Part shown: piece after piece, positions 1-12,631 of the stretch
Layout of the letters: each line of letters starts with the position of its first letter
How positions within the stretch are numbered: the first letter of the stretch is position 1
NCBI GenBank assembly: GCA_964035545.1
Contig: OZ037766.1
Coordinates: 31,610,773-31,674,772, forward strand
Reading direction: 5' to 3'
DNA: 64,000 nt
Source of the DNA: Bugula neritina
Lineage: Eukaryota; Animalia; Bryozoa
The notes under the pieces: generated by a model
What the model was told of the DNA's origin: nothing
Databases searched by the model: none
What the model saw: the letters and a program-made list of their open reading frames with translations, nothing else
Translations under genes and position numbers: made by a program

Positions 1-94
1 CAACAAACACTTATTACTGTGAATACATTATGAAGAAATGGATGAACTTGAAGAGTGCTTATATAGCAGTGGTATTGTACTATCACAGCCTGAA

Positions 95-210
95 TGATTA
101 TAAATACTGAATCATTATGAATATTGAATCACTATGAATACTGAATCCTTATGAATACTGAATCATTATGAGCACTATATTATTATGACCACTGAATCAT
201 TATAAATACT
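95..210. repeat. Degenerate ~17-18 bp tandem repeat (aatactgaatcattatg)
   Basis: About 6 imperfect copies visible. Confidence 0.75.
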
Positions 211-262
211 GTGACTGAAGTCTGCATTTCACTGTTATGCAGACGTCAGCCAGACTAATCAC

Positions 263-1323
263 CTGGACAAGGCAGTACTTCACAGTCTATGATTTCATTC
301 TCCTCGTCAAAGCACCACGCAGTGTTATTAGGAAGGTGACTCAATATTGATTGAGTCGATCCCAGCACATAGTTGAACAGAGTAAATCTGCAGAACTGAT
401 TGTGTCGAGCGTATGGATACTCAGGAGTGCTGTGCAGAAGAAATGATTTAATTGTAACATAGAATAAAAAGTAATTATGACTATTATAAAAGATATGTTT
501 GATGCCTTAAATAGTAACTTAAACACAATGTAAAAAAGAAGGCAAATTTCTCAACTGAACAGAAAAACAAAAATATTTTTCAATACTTTCAAGATGTTAA
601 ATAGAAGAAGCTTTTATTTTGAAGAATAAGGAATTCAATGATTGCATTAATGAAAATCTGCAACAAGAACATTTCAGAATGAGAACGTAATACTATTTAT
701 ACGTTTAGTATCCGAACAGACCTGCAAAACCCCTGTTTCTACTTGCTATATAACTGTTTGGAATAAAAACACACAAGCCTATTTTATTAAAGGATCACAA
801 AATAATACTCACTCTGCCATTGTGCCATTACAACGTTGACCATGGATGCCATGGTTAGCCTTGCCAGTGTACATATTCTCATAGTCCAGATTTAAATAGC
901 TAAGGCTATCTACACACTCAGTCGCGTCGTCACTTATGGCTCTAATAAAACAATATTTCAGTGAGGACTGAATATGAAATGTAGATGTGTGAGTTCATAT
1001 AGAAAATGCGTATTGAAGTTTCAGGTCAGCTGAAGTGAAAACTGTTCTGGTAGATAACTATGCTTTGAATATTTTGAATATTTCAACTACTACGGCTGCT
1101 AATATTCCTAGTACTAGTGCTACTACTACTAGTACTACTACTGCTAGTGCTACTACTACTACTACTACTATACTACTACTAGAACTGCTATCATTACTAC
1201 TATCCCTACCGCTGCTACTACCATTACTTAATTTTATTAAATAGCCTACTACAGTTAGTAGCATAAAATGCAATTTACTCACAAAATGGCAGGTAGAAAC
1301 ACGAAAAAAGTTACGAAATGCAT
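263..1323 (-). CDS. Secreted kringle-domain protein, 5' part (gene continues beyond the left edge)
   Basis: Exons 1323-1283, 941-813 and 429-263 join in phase (2, 2; last ends phase 1). Protein: MHFVTFFVFLPAILAISDDATECVDSLSYLNLDYENMYTGKANHGIHGQRCNGTMADTPEYPYARHNQFCRFTLFNYVLGSTQSILSHLPNNTAWCFDEENEIIDCEVLPCP. It has a signal peptide and six Cys in kringle spacing (Y-x-G, G-x-x-C, N-x-F-C-R, W-C-F, C-x4-C). Confidence 0.7.
1085..1230. repeat. (ACT)n-type simple repeat in an intron
   Basis: actactact/agtact runs; these generate the spurious Thr/Val/Leu ORFs. Confidence 0.85.
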
Positions 1324-2406
1324 CTTCTACTCCATTTCAAAAACAAACAGTTGAGAAAAAAGATACGAAATAGTTATGGCTTCGATCTGGAAAAGAATGA
1401 ATGCTGTATACAACAATGGGAATCACAATTGTGATATTCATTATTGAACCACTAAGAATTTGAGTTTTTATCTATGGAATGTACACATTATATATTAACT
1501 GAAAATCACCCACAATTATAGAAGAGATAGAAACAAGTGGATGCTTTTGTAAAAAACAAATTGACAATATGTATGACGATAGGTTTAATAATTATTATCA
1601 GCAGTGTTGCTACAATTATGTTTTTGTTCAATATAATAAAATAAAACTAGTTGAATCGTAGTTGAAAGATAATAGAAGATATATACCTTTGAACATACCC
1701 CACCTGAACAGTGTTTAGGAGCAGAGCCAATCTGGTCAGACAACTCTGTCATATTAACTCATCCCACTTCAATAAAATTGATTAACCGAGCTTTTACTGT
1801 ATATCTTAAATTAGGAATAAAATTAGGCTAGATTATTAAATAACTCTATTTTATTTGAACTGAAATACTCCATCATAAAATATTGTGATGCACATTGCAC
1901 AACGCAATTGGAACTTTAAAACATAAAATGTTGATCAACAGGTTCCATATCTTCATCAACCAGATGTACTCCCCGCAAGTCACTCACGTCTTCCGGTATT
2001 ACTACAACAGGAAATGGATATGACATCATAACCTGACACACCGTCTACACACAAAGTCAGTTTCAGTGTAACCCAGTGCTGTTTTAATTGCTAAAATATC
2101 ACAATATTTATGAGTTACATGCCACAAGAAACTACAAACAGTTTGACAGCGTAATGAGACCAAATCTAACAGTATCTACTATACAATATACAAAACTGAA
2201 CTTGTAACTCTATTCAAAAGTGTGGACCCAGCAGGTTCTGCTTGAATTGTAGAGTAACTCATATAGAGGCTACTTTAATATTCTCAAAAACATTTCAATA
2301 TTGTCAAGTCAAGTGGTGAGAATATGAGGGTACCTCCACACTCTTCTAGACTGGTTCTACCCTTATTCTGACTCACAAATGACTCATGAGACATTGCGTC
2401 ACAGAA

Positions 2407-5400
2407 CTAACTGCGGAGGCTCTCACCTGTGTCATCAAAGTAATCCGACCAATGAAACGACTGAGCGTCTTTAAAGCAGTAGGTATCTTCCAGATTTGTC
2501 CCCTCTTCCGTGTGGTACATGAAATAAAAGTTACACATCTCATCATGATTGGACGGTCTACAATAAACCAGCCAATCCAATGAACTTTGCTATAAATGCT
2601 CAAGAGAAGTATATGTAGTGTTGAAGCGGCTGCAAGAATGAATAATCACTTAAGAAGAATCAATATTCATTGCATTACTTTTCAGTATAACAAGTTCTCT
2701 ATAATATTTGCATATAAATCTTTAAGAAATACTTACCCCAATGAAGATGAGGGTTAGCTATTTCAATTGCAGATGTTATTGCTAATTAGTCAAAAAGAGG
2801 TTTCACTGAATAGAAAGCTGCAGACTAATATAGAGATTAGTGTCTCTGTGATATTCAGAGTGTGGAGGCTGGTAAAGCAGCAATACTACTTGCCCAATGA
2901 TGGTGTTTTCAGTCCTAGACACGCTGTTCATAGTGCACCTGGCAGCGATGATGTCGCCCTCCTGGATACTCATACCAGAGTGAGAGACCTGGTAGAACAT
3001 CTGAGGCTGCTGAGGGGACATCCTCCCTATCTCTGTCCACCTGCCATCTCTTATTCGGTATGCAGACGTCACTCTCCCTTTCAACAGCAGCAGACAACTT
3101 TCAATAGAAGCAAATGAGCTCTTGCTGTCACTCATGGCACACGTTTTACACTCAAAACATTTGTGAAAGAAGCAACTAACATTACTTCTTTGACTACTGT
3201 TGCTACTACTGCTTTTACTATTGCCAATTGTGTTGCTGCTACTACAACTAATAAGATTACTTCTTTGCCTGCGTCTACTACTATTGTTACTGCTACTACT
3301 CGTAGTAGTACCACTAGTAGTACCACTAGTAGTACTACTAGTGGTACTACTAGTGGTACTACTACGAGTAGTACCACTAGTACTAGTACTAGTACTAGTG
3401 GTACTACTAGTGGTACTACTACGAGTAGTACCACTAGTACTAGTACTAGTACTAGTAGTACTACTAGTGGTACTACTACGAGTAGTACCACTAGTACTAG
3501 TACTAGTACCACTACCATATTGACTATTCCAACCCACCGAGGTTGTGAGAGTGAGTTCTGTAAGCAAAAGGATAAATCGTAGAATTCTTTGACCATCTGC
3601 AGCCTGACTCCATGTGAAAGTCTAAAGCAGAGACCAAACTACGGGAAAAGACATAAACACTCATTATCAAATATGATTTCAAAGCACCAACATGATAAAA
3701 TTGAAACCGAGAGAAACACACCTGATTGGCCGGCGGGAATAAAGCCCCAGTTTCCCAAAATGTAAAACCCCAATTGCCTTGGCTGCCTGCATAGGGATAT
3801 TAAACAAATCAGCAAAGAGGTTGTGCAGTGTTTGCAGACACCAACATAACATATTCTATTACTTATGAAAGGGTGATACTCTTAAAAGTTGGTAGTTAGC
3901 TTTTAACTAATACTCAACTTTCATCAGTAACTTTGAGAGTAACTCCACTGTGATCTAGCTGATTGTCTGTGAAATGAATAAATATAATATTTGTATCACA
4001 ATGTAAGCAAAATAGACTGAGAATTAAGATATACAACACAACCCATTTAAAACAATGTTAATACTCTAAGAAGGGCTGATAATATAAGTCTATCTAATCA
4101 CTGCATTCATGCCTGCAAGACTATAAATACATGACTGCCACTAAACTACACTATCCAACATGGCTGCCACTAAACTACACTATCCAACATGGCTACTACC
4201 AAACTACATTATCCAACATGGCTGCCACTAAACTACACTATCCAACATGGCTGCCACTAAACTACACTATCCAACATGGCTACTACCAAACTACATTATC
4301 CAACATGGCTGCCACCAAACTACACTATCTAACATGGCTGCCACCAAACTACACTATCCAACATGGCTACCACCAAACTACACTATCTAACATGGCTGCC
4401 ACCAAACTACACTATCCAACATGGCTGCCACCAAACTACACTATCTAACATGGCTGCCACTAAACTACACTACCCAACATGGATGCCAGTAAACTATACA
4501 AATAAGCTTGGCTTACAAACTAGTATATTATCCAAAATGGCTGCCATCAAATGAAGCTATACAACATGGATGCCATACCTGTTGGTTTCTGCTTGTAATG
4601 TAATTGGAGAACCAGATACTGGATGTCTGTATCTCCGCCCACTCTAAGTCCCACCCCTTCTGGTAACTTCTTCTCAGGGGCATCTAAGGCCCAGGCGTAG
4701 ACTATCTTCTTAGGCATACCATGACGACGAACATCACCAACACTGCCACAAACTGGTGCGTCAGTTTCGCTGTGATCTCCACATCGCCTACAGTAACACA
4801 ACTTGTATATAATGTATGTGATATGCCAGTGGCCAGTGTAACACTCCATACTATGTTATTATATACCAATATATTTATTATATTACTGCAAAACAGCATT
4901 GATCTTTGATTATATTATATAATAGTATACCCCACATATAAAACTAGTATTATAACTGCTCAGTTAAAAAATCCTAAAAAAATTATCATGTTCCACACAT
5001 TATACTGTTGCAAGCAAATATAGCATCATAACAATGGCTATTACACCATATAGAGTTTCACACTCTATTATGTAATAAATAATTACCATTAACACAAAAT
5101 ACTTCTCAAACTGAATGGAACTTCAATACTAGTAGTAACCTTACCAGGTTTCAGCCAAAGAGCCTGGTACCTGACAGCCATATATCATCATGTGATGGGC
5201 TACATCTTTGGTGGCTTCGGGTGTGTACTTTACTGTAATATATACTTTACTGTAATATATACTTCACTGTAATATATACTCCACTGTAATATATACTTCA
5301 CTGTAATATATACTTCATTGTAATATATACTTCACTGTAATCTTTACTTTACTGTAATATATACTCCACAGTAATATATACTACACTGTAATATATACTA

Positions 5401-6107
5401 TACTGTAGTATATGCTATACTGTAATATATACTCTACTGTAATATATACTACACTGTAATATATACTTTACTGTAATACATACTTTACTGTAATATATAC
5501 TTTACTGTAATATATACTACACTGTAATATATACTATACTGTAGTATATGCTATACTGTAATATATACTCTACTGTAATATATACTTCACTGTAATCTTT
5601 ACTTTACTGTAATATGTACTTTACTGTAATATATACTACACTGTAATATATACTATACTGTAGTATATACTATACTGTAGTATATACTATACTGTAACAC
5701 AACCAGTAATACAGTAATATATACTTCACTGTAATAGGACCAGTAATACATGTCGTATAGAATACACAAGTCTATACACAGCAAAACTTACAAACATACT
5801 GATGGTGTGTAGAATTCAACCTTATAGAATGACAGACCAACTCATCAGCCTAAAAGAATTAAATTAAAAAGTCCTTAAATCTTTAAGTATTTCGAAATAC
5901 TCATCTGGTTTCCAAGTCCCTCTCCCAGCATAACTAACAACTAGCAAATTACAGTATTGAGTTGTGTTGCTTTGAAACAAATGTTGGTACTACGCAAACC
6001 TCTGAAGGCAGCACTCCAGGCATATGTATGCTGATGTCATAGGTGTCGGCTGCCGTAACGCTGACAGCAACTACTAGCGAGAGAAAGGGAGCTGCTGAGA
6101 GTAACAT
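2407..6107 (-). CDS. PHM: Peptidylglycine alpha-hydroxylating monooxygenase (monofunctional PHM, copper type II ascorbate-dependent)
   Basis: Exons 6107-6000 (signal MLLSAAPFLSLVVAVSVTAA...MPGV), 5849-5792, 5232-5145 (AHHMMIYGC), 4787-4579 (YAWALDAP...YLVLQLHY), 3966-3918, 3786-3722, 3621-3538 (PFAYRTHSH), 3077-2894 (PQQPQMFY...AARCTM), 2557-2427 (DEMCNFYFMY). All CuH (H,H,H) and CuM (H,H,M) ligands are present. The 3' end is either the read-through stop at 2407 or a short last exon at about 2238-2179 (EPAGSTLL...). No PAL/NHL domain follows. Confidence 0.93.
3280..3515. repeat. ACT/AGT simple repeat in PHM intron
   Basis: tagtac/actagt runs; explains the Thr/Ser/Val/Leu ORFs at 2803-3596. 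Confidence 0.9.
4131..4500. repeat. 30-bp minisatellite (atggctgccactaaactacactatccaac-type), ~12 copies
   Basis: Directly visible tandem units in a PHM intron. Confidence 0.9.
5226..5735. repeat. 17-bp minisatellite (tactttactgtaatata) containing the PHM exon-3 acceptor
   Basis: About 29 copies; on the minus strand the unit reads tatattacag|TAAAGTA. Confidence 0.9.
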
Positions 6108-7714
6108 GTTTACACTCCATCAGCAAACTATACAGTACTGAGTAATAGAGAACTAATTTGATGAGTGACAGTATACTGTGTGAACCGACATATGGGTTAC
6201 CATTACTATGGCACTTTAAGGTATAGTTTGGAGTTGTGCTCACTTTGTGAAACAAACTGGTGTAAACCACTATAGAAAAAGAGACTTTAAATTAATTCAT
6301 TTTAATTTTCTCAAGTAGAATTCAAATTGTCATTTTAAATCATTTGTACTCTATGTTTTAGTATCTAATTGAAATAGATTATGACATAAATGTATGATAT
6401 ATTCTTATAGTTGAAGAAATTTAGTCCAATTAGAATAATATTGTATTCTATCATAATTATTTCCATCAGATATTTTATATATGTATATGATATGTTGTAC
6501 AAAATAGTGTTTTGTATCTATAATGCAACATCCTACACTTTATCATCTACAATGTTCCGGTAATAACTGCAATCATAATGAAAGTGATAGGCAATACATC
6601 AATGTACTGTTGTTTTGGTTAGGCCTGCCAAATTTTTGAAATGCAATATTAGTAAAACTGCATAATTTCATGATAAATTCTCACAATATTACAAAATAAA
6701 ATGAATTGACATTAGGTAAATGTAAAATATGTAGGTATCTGACCGAGTTATAGGCTTTAAATAATTCCTGACCATTTTATTTATGTATTAAAATATTCAT
6801 AAATATCTTAGTCATCATCCATACCGACTTTTTGAAGGCTGTATGCTCAGAAAATTCTGTTTTATGGCAAGTTTTGCTCACACATGGCCCCGGGATAAAT
6901 ATGGAATTCCTGATAGTTTGCAGATGGTGTTTTCACTGACTCTAAGATATAATTCTCAAGTCAGCTCAGTGACTAAGCTATGTGTTGCAGCAGCTATGAA
7001 TAGCGTGCAGTGAAGTCAGCAATGACTTCTATTAGATTTATTTCACTACGAACTTCAGAGCCAACCAGAAATGTCATCACCAAGTGATCAGACATCCCAA
7101 ATTGATTAGGGACATGTTTGTGAAAGATTTGTTGCCAGACAAATTTGTTTGAGCTTACAATCCTCAAACAGTATGTAGATGGAAGCTAAGATATATATGA
7201 ATATTTCAACAACGAAAAAATTATCATGTGTCAGGAATATTACTGAGAAATACACAATCAAGATGGCTTCCAGATTTACTGGGCACAATAAAACTTGCTT
7301 GTTTATTAGAGTAGCTCAAAACATTACTAAACGGATAAACTTTACATGCGTAAAAAAGTCTTTAACTCAGTGAAAGATATTAGATTATGCTCTGATATCC
7401 AATCATTCATATAAATATATTGTTTTGTTGTTTTGTTACGCCAATTATTACAACTACGCAGTTCAGTGTTGCACCTGGTGTTAGTAGTAGAGCATTGCCT
7501 ACTGGAAACATTCCTCAGACCTTACACAAGTGATGAATGCAAATGAAGCAACTTGATCAGTCATTGACTGTCACAGTTAAACTCAGAATATCTAATGGAC
7601 CATGTAGCATTCACTGCTCAACAGAGTTGGCAGTCAGTACTCTATATCAGCCCTAGCTTTGTGCTGCACCAACATTCCCAGCCTTGAGTTTCAGACGTTA
7701 TTTTACTTGTGGTT

Positions 7715-10700
7715 ATGGAAATGGTTAAAATTCATCTGTGGCTGACTCTAGTTACCTTTATTTATACCCTAATAGTAGGTAAGTTGAGTGTAAGTGTATT
7801 ATATTGACAGCAGGTAAGTTAAGTGTACGTGCATTAGATTAGCAGCAGGTATGTTAAGTGTAAGTGTATTAGATTAGCAGCGGGTAAGTTAAGTGTAAGT
7901 GTATTATATTAGCAGCAGGTATGTTAAGTGTAAGTGTATTAGATTAGCAGCAGGTAAGTTGAGTGTAAGTGTATTATATTAGCAGCAAGTGTAAGTGTAT
8001 TAGATTAGCAGCAGGTAAGTTGAGTGTAAGTGTATTATATTAGCAGCAGGTATGTTAAGTGTAAGTGTATTAGATTAGCAGCAGGTAAGTTGAGTGTAAG
8101 TGTATTATATTAGCAGCAAGTGTAAGTGTATTAGATTAGCAGCAGGTATGTTAAGTGTAAGTGTATTAGATTAGCAGCAGGTAAGTTGAGTGTAAGTGTA
8201 TTATATTAGCAGCAAGTGTAAGTGTATTAGATTAGCAGCAGGTAAGTTGAGTGTAAGTGTATTATATTAGCAGCAGGTATGTTAAGTGTAAGTGTATTAG
8301 ATTAGCAGCAGGTAAGTTGAGTGTAAGTGTATTATATTAGCAGCAAGTGTAAGTGTATTAGATTAGCAGCAGGTAAGTTGAGTGTAAGTGTATTAGATTA
8401 GCAGCAGGTATGTTAAGTGTAAGTGTATTAGATTAGCAGCAGGTATGTTAAGTGTAAGTGTATTAGATTAGCAGCAGGTAAGTTGAGTGTAAGTGTATTA
8501 TATTAGCAGCAAGTGTAAGTGTATTAGATTAGCAGCAGGTAAGTTGAGTGTAAGTGTATTATATTAGCAGCAGGTATGTTAAGTGTAAGTGTATTAGATT
8601 AGCAGCAGGTAAGTTGAGTGTAAGTGTATTATATTAGCAGCAAGTGTAAGTGTATTAGATTAGCAGCAGGTAAGTTGAGTGTAAGTGTATTAGATTAGCA
8701 GCAGGTATGTTAAGTGTAAGTGTATTAGATTAGCAGCAGGTAAGTTGAGTGTAAGTGTATTAGATTAGCGGCAGGTATGTTAAGTGTAAGTGTATTAGAT
8801 TAGCAGCAGGTAAGTTGAGTGTAAGTGTATTATATTAGCAGCAGGTAAGTTAAGTGTAAGTGTATTAGATTAGCAGCAGGTAAGTTGAGTGTAAGTGTAT
8901 TAGATTAGCGGCAGGTAAGTTAAGTGTAAGTGTATTAGATTAGCAGCAGGTAAGTTAAGTGTTAGTGTATTAGATTAGCAGCAGGTAAGTTGAGTGTAAG
9001 TGTATTAGATTAGCGGCAGGTAAGTTAAGTGTAAGTGTATTAGATTAGCGGCAGGTAAGTTAAGTGTAAGTGTATTAGATTAGCAGCAGGTAAGTTGAGT
9101 GTAAGTGTATTATATTAGCAGCAGGTAAGTTAAGTGTAAGTGTATTAGATTAGCAGCAGGTAAGTTGAGTGTAAGTGTATTAGATTAGCGGCAGGTAAGT
9201 TAAGTGTAAGTGTATTAGATTAGCAGCAGGTAAGTTAGGTGTAAGTGTATTAGATTAGCAGCAGGTAAGTTGAGTGTAAGTGTATTAGATTAGCAGCAGA
9301 CAAGTTAAGTGTAAGTGTATTAGATTAGCAGCAGGTAAGTTAAGTGTACATGTATCGTAGGTATGAGTAGGTTCATACAGGATATTTTAGTACACCTCAG
9401 TATTAACAAGTAATCGTAACACAAAAACATTTCACTATTCAAATTATCTTTCAAAATCAAAATCGTTTTCCAAATGATAAAATAATTGAACATGTTAAAA
9501 TCTCTGTAATGTAGACCTGCGGTGCCTTGAGGTTTTATACCCATGTGCTGGGGATTTATCTGAAAACTGTTGCTAAAACGAACTTATAATTATATGACAT
9601 CACTTTACTTGGCCACAGTCAATAAATAGAACAAACAAGCAGACGTGCAGCCATTGCTCTTGTAACATATTTTATTGTAATTTGTTTTCAACTTACAGGT
9701 GGTGATGCGATGCCCAGTTACTACATGGGAAAATATCCCAAACGTCAGAATGGTGAGCTTTACAATCCATTGAACATATTCAATACTTGTAATGAAGCAG
9801 AATTTTATGCTTTGTTGACTGTGATATATCATATTATATTTATTATTATATATTTATTATATATGACGTGTGTGCGCGTGTAGTATTCTATTATATTATA
9901 ATGAATATATTTTGTATTGGGAGTTGTCTTCTCATAACACAACAACAAACAGCTTATGTATAGCTTAGTTCCAACAACTATTAACTGTTAAATATCTTGA
10001 ACTTGGCTTGTGTTGCCATAGTTACAGTTTCTGTAAGTCACGCGTCACACATACTACATGGCTGAGTTGTCACAAATACTAGAGGGAACACTACACCATT
10101 TTATTAACTTTTCTTTCATCTGTAACTAATATACTGAGATAAAGTTAACTGGTTCATTTGGTTTCTAGTAAAATAATTTCGTAATAAATAGAAAATAATA
10201 AGCTTGTTCTGAAAGAGTTCCATTTTCCTAGCTTACATTTTATGAATTTAACCAATCAAAACGGTTCTTACAGATGACAATACCAACAAAGGCACTACCT
10301 CCAGTAAGAGAAGCGACCAGCTCAAGATAATTAGTGATACACTGAAGCATCTCTCAATTCTATTGGACCAAATAGCAGAAGAGGATTCAACAGCCAATCA
10401 GCGTTTAGCTACTAGTGAACACACGACAGTTTCTGTGATCTCACAACCTACAGCCTCCTATAATGAATATGGTATGAGTGTCCATATTATCTCTGTCCAT
10501 ATTTATTTGTATCTTATAATATCTCTCGAAGTATTTAACCATCCCACAGTATCTCATCCTTTCTCACAGTTTCTCACCCTTTCTCACACTATCCTACAAA
10601 CTCTCACATGATCTGGCCATTTCTCACAGTGCCACCTGTATTAGTTATAACTGACAATTATTTCCTAATAATTCCGCCACAAGTTGCCAAGAGAGTTCCC

Positions 10701-11502
10701 ACAACTCATTATTGAAACATATGAGTGTTACTATTCATTATCTATCACAGTTCGGCAATACCAGCAGTTTCTGTGATGCCCAGTACATGCGCAACAACTT
10801 GGCTCTTGAAAATATGGGTTTGAAATCTTAACTTTACAGATCATGGCTTCCAAGTACAAGCTGAACTTTCGAATTAGTAACTGACTATTTCGAGAACTTA
10901 TAACTACATCAAAATGAATATCAGTGCTTCTAGGTATTGTACATTTTCAGTTTAGCTGTAAATCTAAAAGGTTTGTACAGCAACTGAAAGATTCTGCTCC
11001 GTAATATAAATCTCAAAACCACTGTACTGTGTATTATTATTCACAGAAACCTCTGAGATGGCTTCGAAAGATAAAATAAAACCCTCAAAGTTACTTACGT
11101 TCAGCATTGGACTAAAAATTAGACTAAAATGTAATGATTTAAAGCTAAATTTTCCAGGAAAACCAATTTAACAAGGAGTATGCTAGTTCATGCTCAACAA
11201 TTTATAATTTATTCTAATGCTACAAAACCTGTACCTACTGTCTGTTTGCAAACTAATAAACATGATGAGGCAACTCCTGAATAAATAAAGTGACAATATT
11301 TGTAGACATTACAGCAATACGCAAGAAGTTGGCAGAAACTTTGGCAGACAGAAATACGTTGAATCTATCAGAAAAGAAGTCAAATGCAGAGGCTGACCCT
11401 CACCCCAGATTAGCAGACGATGAGGAAAACAGGAAGTTTAAAAGAGTGCTGACCAAGTGGATGGAAAGAGATCTGGGGGATGACTCAGCTAACATTAGAT
11501 GA
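7715..11502 (+). CDS. Secreted prepropeptide, paralogue A (~170 aa; putative neuropeptide/hormone precursor)
   Basis: Exons 7715-7778, 9699-9752, 10274-10471 and 11306-11502, all phase-1 GT-AG. Protein: MEMVKIHLWLTLVTFIYTLIVGGDA-MPSYYMGKYP-KR-QNDDNTNKGTTSS-KR-SDQLKIISDTLKHLSILLDQIAEE...DITAIRKKLAETLADR...EKKSNAEADPHPRLADDEENRKFKRVLTKWMERDLGDDSANIR*. Signal peptide and dibasic sites; exon-by-exon match to paralogue B. Confidence 0.82.
7778..9350. repeat. 35-bp minisatellite (agcagcaggtaagttgagtgtaagtgtattagatt), ~45 copies, starting at the exon-1 donor of precursor A
   Basis: Directly visible, with interspersed shorter variants lacking the caggtaagt core. Confidence 0.95.
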
Positions 11503-12287
11503 ACTAATGGTACTTGATTTCCTTTGGTGACTAACTTCATACACAAAATACAATATAAAAGTTATGTATATGAGACATTGCACAAGTAGAAATGGCAGTA
11601 TAAATGGTATACACATTTTACATTATATGCTTTGACATCATTATATAACATGAATAAAATATACATGAAAAGAACCCATAAGCACTTCTAACTCCAACAC
11701 AGCACAGCTAAAAGCAAGCATCAAGTCACCTATTGCTGTTCACTCTGTTTAAACATATTATATCCATACTAGCTACTCACATAATAAGATTCCAATATAC
11801 TAACCAATGTAAATGCAGTTCGGAACTCCATGCAATAAAAATAACTATATTTATGTACTAACACCCTCTAGCCAATTTTAGCACAACTAAACTCACAAAC
11901 AGATTAAGCAAATTTATTAATGCTACACAAACAAAATTAAAAAACTTGGGCAGCTATTTAGCTGAGAAAATGTGCAATTAGCTTTACAAGTTCCCCATAC
12001 TTTAAGGTTTACTCTTCATGAAGTTTAGTAAAACCCGGAGGTTCCTGTTTACTCAGTAATGCATAGGAAGAATGACTAGAGAGTTATGTCCTCTTGCTAA
12101 CCAGTATATATCATAACTATATCACAGGAAACACCCAATACTGATTAAAACTCCTTTAAAAGCTGAGAAATATCAGTTTCCTACAAGGAAACACAACTTC
12201 CTTGTATTATTAAAGATGTTGCAGCTTTGTACTCGAGTAAATAACTAAACAACTATAAATGGAGGAATTAGACTATAAATTTTAGAT

Positions 12288-12631
12288 CAGGGCTGTCCAA
12301 CAGCCGGCCCACAGCCTACATTTATGTGGCCCCCAGCCTACATTTATGCGGCCCCAAAAGCATAAAAAATAAAATTGTTTTTCACGCACATATATGAATT
12401 GGAATAGAAAATTGCCTTTTAAATGTCTTGTTTTCATATATGCTAAAAAGCATACAGCCTGCAATAATTATTGGGAGTACATTGTGTAATGATTCATAGG
12501 AAATTAGAATTGAGTAATTAGTAAATTACTGATGTTGTGGCCTCCAACCCAAGCTAAAGTTTACAAGGTGGCCCTCACCACAGAACATTCCATTTAAGCT
12601 GCCCTTGCCCTGAAAAGGTTGGACACCCCTG
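12288..12631. mobile_element. Non-autonomous hAT-like (Charlie-type) MITE, ~344 bp
   Basis: TIRs cagggctgtccaac / gttggacacccctg, subterminal (gc)ggccc motifs, degenerate 8-bp flanks ttttagat / aattagac. Confidence 0.7.

Noticed and set aside
263-2557. PHM-kringle fusion protein
   Set aside because: The kringle exons have their own in-phase signal-peptide exon (ATG 1323), and PHM has plausible stops at 2407 or about 2179. An in-frame path via a putative exon at about 1746-1687 can be drawn but has no support.
2803-3596. Mucin-like Thr/Ser ORFs and poly-Val/Leu ORFs
   Set aside because: Translations of an intronic ACT/AGT simple repeat between PHM exons.
7778-9350. CRISPR-like array
   Set aside because: Contiguous near-identical units with no unique spacers, in a eukaryotic intron. 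The same applies to 58593-59332 and 63606-63932.
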